Part shown: positions 25,915 through 32,665 of the stretch, in pieces | Position numbering within the stretch: position 1 is the stretch's first letter | How the letters are laid out: each line of letters opens with the position of its first letter | Virus record (IMG/VR): IMGVR_UViG_3300005077_000070 | Coordinates: 1-32,665 of that record | Source: a virus | Taxonomy: Duplodnaviria > Caudoviricetes | DNA: 32,665 bases | Reading direction: 5' to 3' (one strand) | Translations under genes and position numbers: made by a program | Notes under the pieces: model-generated | Databases searched by the model: none | The model's input: only the letters and a program-made list of their open reading frames with translations | Told to the model about the DNA's origin: nothing

Positions 25915-27078
25915 TTATTGTTGCTCATTTTTGTTTATAAAATTGTCGTACCTTTTTCTTATTACATCACAATATCTTGGGTCAATCTCCATCATGTAAC
26001 AGGTTCTATTGGTTTGCTCACAAGCTATTAAGGTAGAGCCTGAGCCACCGAAGAGATCCAAAATTATATCATCTTGTTTGCTGGAATTATTGATTGCTCT
26101 TGCTACTAAAGATATAGGCTTCATCGTTGGATGATCCTTACTCTGCGTTGGTCTGTCAATTTCCCAGACAGTAGTTTGTTTTCTGTCACCATAAAATTTA
26201 TGTGTTCCATTTCTTAACCATCCATATAAAATAGGCTCGTGCTGATAATGATAGTCTCCGTGTCCTAAAACCATAGAGTTTTTAACCCAGATAATAGTAG
26301 AGGAAACCACGCATTCTTCCTCAAATGGAAGTAAAAAATCTTTAAAGTTGTTGCCCGCCGGGCAACAAACATAAAAAGCCGCCCCAAACTTAACCACCCT
26401 TGCATATTCAACTAGGGAATTTGCAAACACCTCTGTAGTTTTATCATTTTCTATTCTCAACGCCTTTTTTGTTTTACCTATATAATCAACTCCGTATGGA
26501 GGATCTGTAAATACCATATCGGCTTCCTGATTATCCATTAGCTTATCAACATCCTCATGGTCGGTTGCATCTCCACACATTAGCCTATGTCTCCCTAATT
26601 GGTAAATTTCTCCTTTTTCTGACTGAATATTATCATCTGACACTTCCGGTACGGTGTCTTCATTTGTTTGGCTATTTATTAAATATTCCAAACTCATGGG
26701 TGGTCTCAAATCAACTGCATAATCCTCCCAGTCTATGTCAAACTCTGGTATAAGGTTTGCAAGCATATCGTCATCGTAGTATCCCGCTCTGTCGTTGTCT
26801 GACAGCGCATATTCTAAAAACTCCTCCTTTGTTTTTGGATCTATCAGGGATACCCAAATATCCACAATGCCCATTTCCCTATAAGCCTTGAGTCTCATAT
26901 TTCCCCCTGCTACAGTTCCTCTTTTGCCCCAGTTTTTACCGCTATTAACCAAAAGCGGTTTATATTGCCCTAGTTTTTGGATCTGATTCTTTAGTCGTTT
27001 AAAATCTTTTTCTTTGATGTTGCGCGGGTTTTTATCCCACTCTTTTAAATCTTTTATGTTCCAGATATCTTTTTTCAT
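25915..27078 (-). CDS. ParB-like N-terminal domain fused to a beta-class amino DNA methyltransferase
   Basis: NPR and GN.R ParB motifs; DPPY, HPTMKP, DLFGGSGST; typical position upstream of terS. Confidence 0.9.
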   Translation of the reverse strand: MKKDIWNIKDLKEWDKNPRNIKEKDFKRLKNQIQKLGQYKPLLVNSGKNWGKRGTVAGGNMRLKAYREMGIVDIWVSLIDPKTKEEFLEYALSDNDRAGYYDDDMLANLIPEFDIDWEDYAVDLRPPMSLEYLINSQTNEDTVPEVSDDNIQSEKGEIYQLGRHRLMCGDATDHEDVDKLMDNQEADMVFTDPPYGVDYIGKTKKALRIENDKTTEVFANSLVEYARVVKFGAAFYVCCPAGNNFKDFLLPFEEECVVSSTIIWVKNSMVLGHGDYHYQHEPILYGWLRNGTHKFYGDRKQTTVWEIDRPTQSKDHPTMKPISLVARAINNSSKQDDIILDLFGGSGSTLIACEQTNRTCYMMEIDPRYCDVIRKRYDNFINKNEQQ

Positions 27079-27338
27079 TTAACAACTCCTTTCAAAGTCT
27101 TGCCCATCTCATCCTCTTCTGCTGCCATTTCAGGGTTTGCCTTTCTATCAAGATCATGTGGAGTAGGTTGATTAACAGGACCAAAGTCGTCCCGGTCTTC
27201 ATCTTCCGGTAACTCAATACTTGCAAGAACAGGGGTGTTTCTCGGAAGCAGGAAAAACCTGACAATTTCTGCCTTATCCTTTTGAGGTAAGTCACTTTCT
27301 AAAATCTTTATAACTAGTTGGTATTTTTGATTGTTCAT
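27075..27338 (-). CDS. Hypothetical protein
   Basis: 87 aa, overlapping both neighbours by 4 nt. Confidence 0.65.
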   Translation of the reverse strand: MNNQKYQLVIKILESDLPQKDKAEIVRFFLLPRNTPVLASIELPEDEDRDDFGPVNQPTPHDLDRKANPEMAAEEDEMGKTLKGVVK

Positions 27339-27541
27339 ATTTTACGTTTAGTTCCGTCAAATTCTTCCCGCATACTTGCCAGTGAATCACCATAACCAAA
27401 ATTGTATCTTTTGGCGTGTTCAACACATAAACAAACGTCTATCATCCAGACTTGCGCTACTTTAAAACACACAGCGCATCTCCATCCAGTGTCTGGAAAT
27501 GTCTCAAAATCCTCTATCTTAACTAGTTTTGGTTCCTCCAT
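27335..27541 (-). CDS. Small Zn-finger-like hypothetical protein
   Basis: CAVC...C.EH; ATG at 27541 reduces the overlap relative to 27613. Confidence 0.5.
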   Translation of the reverse strand: MEEPKLVKIEDFETFPDTGWRCAVCFKVAQVWMIDVCLCVEHAKRYNFGYGDSLASMREEFDGTKRKI

Positions 27542-27875
27542 TTTTATGTTTTCCCCCTTTTGATTTTTCCCTGTTCCACCATCCGGGTGTGTCTTTGTAT
27601 GTGTATTTTGCATTTTTTATTTGATCTTTATTAACCTCAATTCCTTGCGTGCCGTATTCGTCTAAATACTCCTGAGATAGCACCCCATCTCTGAAAGGTT
27701 GGAGTATGTCGCGTTTGTATTCTCTTCTTTGATCCTTGATACTTTCGGTTGTAAACTCAACCCCTAGTTTAGGTTTATCAAAGTTCTCTTCCTGTTTTTG
27801 GCAAACAGTGCAGTGAAGATAACCCAGTGTTTTATCTTTTACTGCTGGTCGTTTTCCACAATTTAAACATTTCAC
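27519..27875 (-). CDS. Zn-finger hypothetical protein
   Basis: CLNC...CTVC; GTGA-coupled to the groEL stop. Confidence 0.65.
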   Translation of the reverse strand: MKCLNCGKRPAVKDKTLGYLHCTVCQKQEENFDKPKLGVEFTTESIKDQRREYKRDILQPFRDGVLSQEYLDEYGTQGIEVNKDQIKNAKYTYKDTPGWWNREKSKGGKHKNGGTKTS

Positions 27876-29431
27876 TTTTTCTCTTCTTCTATTTCACAGA
27901 CAACCGCATCCGAAGTTATCAAGGCAACGGCCACAGATATAGCATTTTTAATAGCCTCAATGGATACCTTAGCAGGGTCAATAATTCCTGCGTCAAACAT
28001 ATCTACAAGCTCTCCTGTAGTTACATCAATACCAAAGTTGTTTTTAAGTTTCGATCTCATCTCTCCCGGATCAAAACCTGCGTTACTTACTAACTTATTA
28101 AACGGCTGTTCCAGTGCCTTGTTTACAATTCTATCAGCATACTCTTCATTTTCATTTGTCGGTTTTAAAACCTTCCTTGCCTCTAAAAATATAGTTTCCC
28201 CTCCTGCAACAACGCCTCCTTCAATGGCTGCATGTGTAGCTTTAATAGCATCATCAGCGCGTTCATACTTTTCCTCTGCCTCGACTTCTGTTGCACCACC
28301 TACCTTAACAACATAAACACCGCCTGTTCGTTTTGATAGTCTTTCTTTCAGTTTTTCTTTTTCAAAGGAGTTGTCTTCATCTTTAATCTGGCTTTTTATG
28401 GACTCAATTCTTTTTTTGATTTCAGATCGTTTTCCGTTTCCGTCAACAATTAAGGTTGCGTCTTTACTTGATGTAACTCTTGTGGCTGATCCGACATAAT
28501 CTGAATTTATTTCTTTCCAGTCTATTTTTGCCTTACTTGATATAAACCTAGCTCCCGTCATAACTGCAATATCCTGCAAAACATGCTCGCTTTGAAAACT
28601 TGGAGCTTTTACAGCCAAAGTGCTTAGTTTTCCGTTCATCTTATTGCCAATCAGTGTTGCCAGGACATTGCCCTCAATATCCTCTGCAAAGACCACCAGA
28701 TTTTTATTTCCTTTATTCACAAAGTCCACAAAGAAAGGTTCAAAGTCCGGAATGTTTTCCAGTTTGTAATCAGTAACCAATATTTTAGGGTTTAAAATGG
28801 TTGCGGTGTTTTTGGTATTGGTTATAAAGTAACCGCTTTTGTATCCGGAGTCTATTTGCATACCCTCCTGATGGTCAAGAAAGGTTTCTGTACCGCTAAC
28901 CTGCTCTGCTGTGATAATTGCATCAAGTCCCGCCTTATCATAGGTGTCTCCAATCATTTCTCCCAAGTGCTTATCTTCCGAAGATATAGTTGCAACCTGA
29001 ACCTTCTCGCTTTTAGACTTGATAGGTTTTGAGAGTTTTGCAATATTTTCAACCAGTAAATCCCTGCCCTTTTCCAGAGAGTTGCGAAGCGCCATAGGAT
29101 TAATGCCGGATTCAACAATCTTCAAAGCCTCAGAAGCGATTGAGTAGCCAAGGACTATCGCAACGGTCGTACCATCACCAACTGAATCAACTTGTCTTTG
29201 TGCAGCTTGTTTTAGGATCTCTGCACCGGCATTTTTGAAAGGATCTTTGGGATTTATCTCTTGGGCTGTTTTAACACCATCATGTATCACCTTGGTATGA
29301 AAATTTTTATGGATTACAACGTTCCTGCCCCTAGCTCCTAATGTGGTAGATACGGCCTTGTAAACTTCCTTTGCTCCGGAAAGTAGAGCTTTCCTAGCTT
29401 TTGTATTAAATATGGATTTTGAGTATTTCAT
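27872..29431 (-). CDS. groEL: Group I chaperonin GroEL-like (divergent, phage-encoded)
   Basis: TLG..GRNV, DGV, GDGTT, GG.....VG..TEVE, GGVVAGG, GIIDP.KV motifs. Confidence 0.95.
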   Translation of the reverse strand: MKYSKSIFNTKARKALLSGAKEVYKAVSTTLGARGRNVVIHKNFHTKVIHDGVKTAQEINPKDPFKNAGAEILKQAAQRQVDSVGDGTTVAIVLGYSIASEALKIVESGINPMALRNSLEKGRDLLVENIAKLSKPIKSKSEKVQVATISSEDKHLGEMIGDTYDKAGLDAIITAEQVSGTETFLDHQEGMQIDSGYKSGYFITNTKNTATILNPKILVTDYKLENIPDFEPFFVDFVNKGNKNLVVFAEDIEGNVLATLIGNKMNGKLSTLAVKAPSFQSEHVLQDIAVMTGARFISSKAKIDWKEINSDYVGSATRVTSSKDATLIVDGNGKRSEIKKRIESIKSQIKDEDNSFEKEKLKERLSKRTGGVYVVKVGGATEVEAEEKYERADDAIKATHAAIEGGVVAGGETIFLEARKVLKPTNENEEYADRIVNKALEQPFNKLVSNAGFDPGEMRSKLKNNFGIDVTTGELVDMFDAGIIDPAKVSIEAIKNAISVAVALITSDAVVCEIEEEKK

Positions 29432-29733
29432 TTCTTTATAAGTAAAACTTTACTGAAAGGTAAAACTTTATATTCTGTGTTTCCTAGCTTAACATGCTCC
29501 CATCCTACTGAACTATGAACAATGTAATCTCCTGGTTTACAAGGGCTTTTTGTTTCCTTGCCGGTGTATTCTGAAACACTTGGAGATCCGACTTTTAAAA
29601 CTTTAGCAAATTGGGGACGATCTTCTTCTCCGTATATTTTTACATTAGATCCGCCGAAGTTAGAACTGTCAACTTCTTCAATAAGCATGAATCCTGCAAC
29701 CGGAGAATATTCAATCTTGTCTACTTTGGACAT
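29428..29733 (-). CDS. groES: Co-chaperonin GroES-like (divergent)
   Basis: P......I, V..VG, K.GD.., EY.......L pattern; 101 aa; ATGA-coupled to groEL. Confidence 0.8.
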   Translation of the reverse strand: MSKVDKIEYSPVAGFMLIEEVDSSNFGGSNVKIYGEEDRPQFAKVLKVGSPSVSEYTGKETKSPCKPGDYIVHSSVGWEHVKLGNTEYKVLPFSKVLLIKK

Positions 29734-29753
29734 AAAATCATTATAACATTATC

Positions 29754-30056
29754 TTAATTTTTTTCAATCTGGTTCCTGTTTTTGATTATACCTTCCAAAT
29801 ACGCCTCCATGTTTTTGCCGGTATTTTCTTTGCAAAAATACTCAACTTTATGATGACACGAGTGACATGCTAAAACTACTCTTTTAAGATCTGTAACATA
29901 TCTCCGCTTCTTTGTATGGGCAAAACCTAAATACAACGTCTTTGTGCAACCAAGTAATCCAATCTCACAACTTGTAATTCCTTTTTCGTAAAATTCTTTT
30001 ACTAGTTCTTTGCGGACTTTATACCACTCTTCAGATTTTTTGCCTGGCCTTATCAT
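29754..30056 (-). CDS. HNH/NinG-like Zn-binding nuclease
   Basis: CE....C ... AH ... LACHSCH. Confidence 0.55.
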   Translation of the reverse strand: MIRPGKKSEEWYKVRKELVKEFYEKGITSCEIGLLGCTKTLYLGFAHTKKRRYVTDLKRVVLACHSCHHKVEYFCKENTGKNMEAYLEGIIKNRNQIEKN

Positions 30057-30092
30057 CTGGCACTCATTTTATTTGATTTATTCTTTCGTTTT

Positions 30093-30494
30093 TCATTTTA
30101 TATTTATGCTTAATCTAGCAATCTCCATACAAGCTCCTGGCATCGGTTTTAAATCTTTTATTTTTTTCCACCTATTTAATATTTTACTTTCGTTTTTATC
30201 TTGTTCTAGTTTGGTCTTTACCTCTGTGGGATTAAAACATAAATAAATTGTAAACTTTTCTTCTCCTATCGAGGCATTGTCATAGAATGTTCCAACTTTT
30301 TTTAACTTTCCGGTTAATCCTGTTTCTTCATTTAATTCTCTAAGTGCGGCACGATAATGGGTTTCACCTTCTTTAACAAATCCCGCAGGAAAACCCATAC
30401 ATTTCATCTTTGCACCAGGTTTATATTGACTCTGAGTTAATACGTTGTCGCCCTTAATAGGAATTATAACTACATAATCGTCATATCTTCTCAT
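30093..30494 (-). CDS. Nudix hydrolase (ADP-ribose pyrophosphatase-like)
   Basis: Complete Nudix box GFVKEGETHYRAALRELNEETGL, preceded by QY.P and FPAG; start 30494 (ATGA overlap) or 30515. Confidence 0.85.
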   Translation of the reverse strand: MRRYDDYVVIIPIKGDNVLTQSQYKPGAKMKCMGFPAGFVKEGETHYRAALRELNEETGLTGKLKKVGTFYDNASIGEEKFTIYLCFNPTEVKTKLEQDKNESKILNRWKKIKDLKPMPGACMEIARLSINIK

Positions 30495-31003
30495 ATATAT
30501 CCTTTCTTTACCCACATACTAAAAGTTCGTGTATATCGTTCTGGATTTAATTTAATATCTTTTTTTACCAACTTGATATCCTTCCAAAATAGTCTTTTAA
30601 TTTTTGGACAAGTTGTCTTCGGTTTAGGATACCAACTTAACTCGTAAAGATAAATAAACTCACGGTTATATAAATCTTTGTCATATTCATAATGTTTAAT
30701 TATTTTTACAGGACCGGCAATATATTTTAGTTGCTTACGTTCTACATCAATTCCCAATTCTTCTCTTAATCCTCTTTTTATCGCTTTAAATATACTTTCG
30801 CCGGCCAAAAAATGAGTTGCCAGTGATTGATCGAAGCATCCTTTAGCAATATCCACACAGTCTGAACGTTCCTGTAAAAGCAACTTGCCGTTATGAACAA
30901 TATTTATTTGTACATTTTTATGCCACAATCCCGTTCTATGAACAATATCCCTATCAACTAATCCAACGTATTTGCCTTTACTTGTGTATACCGGTAATTT
31001 CAT
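30491..31003 (-). CDS. Nudix hydrolase (IDI type 1 / YfcD-like)
   Basis: H..GLWH, LLLQ.RS, degenerate box AGES....KRGLREELGI. Confidence 0.8.
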   Translation of the reverse strand: MKLPVYTSKGKYVGLVDRDIVHRTGLWHKNVQINIVHNGKLLLQERSDCVDIAKGCFDQSLATHFLAGESIFKAIKRGLREELGIDVERKQLKYIAGPVKIIKHYEYDKDLYNREFIYLYELSWYPKPKTTCPKIKRLFWKDIKLVKKDIKLNPERYTRTFSMWVKKGYI

Positions 31004-31670
31004 TTAACTCCTTTCTAAGAGTTTCTAATCTTTCTGGTGTTCCGTAATCAAAACAGTAGGTATCGGTCATAAAAGCCCGCAAGATGGGGGACAAGCCTTG
31101 TTGTAATCTTTCTGCGTTTGTGGCTTCAATTCTAGGTAGTGTGTCCCAATATAAATCATCGCTGGGTGTCATTATGTGGCTTTTTAAAATTTCTGGGTCG
31201 GTAATTACAACCGGCATTCGTAATATAGATTTATCTCTCCTACCAATTATTGCTCCATTAATAATATCCATACCGCAATAAGGTTCCATTAACGGGTGTT
31301 TCCTTGTAGTCATTGCCCATGATATAGTTCCCTTCTTGTGAGCTTCTATCATTTCAGGAATAAATGAAGCATCTAATAATGTATCTGACGGCATTATAAC
31401 AACAGGTCTACCAAATTCTATAAGTTCTTTAACCATTCTTTTGTCTTCATGCCACATGATGTCGCAAATACCATGTTCCCTATACCAATCAACGTATAAG
31501 CTAGCAGAATAAATAACATTATGTAGTTTACTGGTTTGTTCTCTGAGTAAATCTAAGCCAGTTCTTTCACCTTTAATAGTTACAGCACACTTTGGAACAG
31601 ACATGCCAGTTACTTTTTCAAGTCTCGTGCCGTGTCCTCCAGCCATTACGACAACAGGTATTCTTTCCAC
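30978..31670 (-). CDS. Sugar-phosphate nucleotidyltransferase family protein
   Basis: VVMAGGHGTRL...PK signature and D.GTPE near the C-terminus; AGGAG SD. Confidence 0.8.
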   Translation of the reverse strand: MERIPVVVMAGGHGTRLEKVTGMSVPKCAVTIKGERTGLDLLREQTSKLHNVIYSASLYVDWYREHGICDIMWHEDKRMVKELIEFGRPVVIMPSDTLLDASFIPEMIEAHKKGTISWAMTTRKHPLMEPYCGMDIINGAIIGRRDKSILRMPVVITDPEILKSHIMTPSDDLYWDTLPRIEATNAERLQQGLSPILRAFMTDTYCFDYGTPERLETLRKELNEITGIHK

Positions 31671-31698
31671 ATCTTCTCCTTTGTTTTGGTTGGGTGGG

Positions 31699-32439
31699 TC
31701 ATGGATTTAATCTTTTTTTAATAATCTCTACATACTTTGGTTCTTTTTCTATTAAGATGTAGTTTCTATTTAAGTTTTTACAAGCTACACCAGTTGTTCC
31801 ACTACCTGCAAACGGGTCTAGTATTGTGTCGCCTTCGTTAGAAAAGTTTTTTATTATTTCTTCTGCAAGTTTTTCTGGGAATACAGCAGAGTGTATATCT
31901 GACACCTTTCTCCCCCTACCTATTCTCAATATGTTTTGCATCTCCCCCCTTTTGAATGTAGCGTTTTGTATTACCCTACCAGCCTTTTTATCATCTTCCA
32001 TTATCAATAACATTTCATACGAGCTATTTAATACCTTTTCGTGCATTGCTGGTTGTCCAAATCCTTTATCCCAAATAATAATATCCTTTAAGTCTTTATT
32101 AAAATCCCCGATAATCTTAAAAAACGCTTCTTTGCTTCCAGTTACTATTTGAAAATTATAAATGACTATCCTTGCTATTCTTAACATTTCAGTTATGCAC
32201 GACTTGTGAAATAGGTAAAACTCATCAATGGGTAAGTCATCTCCAAAGTGTTTATACTTTTTGCTAAAATGTTCTGATTTTTCTCTTGTTGTATATTTGC
32301 CCTTTCTAATACGAGTTCGCATATTATATGGCGGTGAAGTAAAAATTAAATCAATACTCTTATCTGGTATTTCTTTCATCACCTCTAAACAATCTCCTTG
32401 TATTATTGTATTTATCTTCTCCTTTGTTTTGTATTTCAT
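31699..32439 (-). CDS. Beta-class DNA methyltransferase (SPPY, probably N4-cytosine)
   Basis: GDCLE, TSPPY, H.A.FP, DPFAGSGTT. Confidence 0.9.
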   Translation of the reverse strand: MKYKTKEKINTIIQGDCLEVMKEIPDKSIDLIFTSPPYNMRTRIRKGKYTTREKSEHFSKKYKHFGDDLPIDEFYLFHKSCITEMLRIARIVIYNFQIVTGSKEAFFKIIGDFNKDLKDIIIWDKGFGQPAMHEKVLNSSYEMLLIMEDDKKAGRVIQNATFKRGEMQNILRIGRGRKVSDIHSAVFPEKLAEEIIKNFSNEGDTILDPFAGSGTTGVACKNLNRNYILIEKEPKYVEIIKKRLNP

Positions 32440-32457
32440 TTCTTTGTGTTTAGTTGT

Positions 32458-32652
32458 TTACCCAATTTTAATATTCCCATTGGCTATAAGTGCGTCTACG
32501 CTACCCTTGCCAATTCCATCACTTTTTCCTTTTTCATATGCTTTTTTCTCCACACTTGGTATCACTGTTTGGGTTATGTATTTTTTAACATTTTCAAATG
32601 CTTCAATAGTCTCTTTTTGCATACTTAAAGGCATTGAACGATATGCTTGCAT
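32458..32652 (-). CDS. Hypothetical protein (may start beyond the window edge)
   Basis: 64 aa ORF co-oriented with the operon; AYEKGK motif common in small phage ORFs. Confidence 0.45.
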   Translation of the reverse strand: MQAYRSMPLSMQKETIEAFENVKKYITQTVIPSVEKKAYEKGKSDGIGKGSVDALIANGNIKIG

Positions 32653-32665
32653 TAAATCGTAAAAC

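Noticed and set aside
1377-32662. Many plus-strand ORFs in the track (e.g. 1377..1790, 6243..6647, 20289..20768, 27960..28316, 32228..32662) and short nested minus-strand ORFs
   Set aside because: They shadow longer motif-bearing minus-strand genes and have no recognisable motifs or initiation signals
1-32665. Stop-codon reassignment
   Set aside because: Genes are full length and tightly packed under code 11, and TGA, TAG and TAA all end genes, often in ATGA overlaps

Overview
The whole window reads as the late and morphogenesis region of a tailed dsDNA phage or prophage, almost all on the minus strand. In transcription order (right to left) it has: DNA methyltransferase, NTP-transferase, two Nudix hydrolases, HNH-like protein, GroES, GroEL, small ORFs, ParB-methyltransferase, TerS and TerL. 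An inserted cassette (helical ORF, sulfotransferase, Zn-ribbon) follows, then portal, scaffold, major capsid, decoration/fibre proteins, a NodB-type deacetylase, adaptor, nozzle-like protein, tail-tip proteins and ejection-like proteins (one with LysM). No tail tube, sheath or tape measure is recognisable, so podovirus-like morphology is inferred. No integrase or att site is visible, so prophage versus free phage cannot be decided. A Patescibacteria (CPR) host is a tentative inference from promoter style and gene content. The most striking unexplained structure is non-coding: (i) eight -10 promoters 6-7 nt before ATG (leaderless mRNAs); (ii) four copies of a leader with -10 box, AGGAG/AGAG 5' end, hairpin and U-tract before structural genes including the capsid; (iii) a 1:2/2:3/3:4 attenuator-like element; (iv) an ORF enclosed by long inverted repeats next to a branched RNA structure. 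All product calls come from motif recognition and gene order by eye, not database searches.
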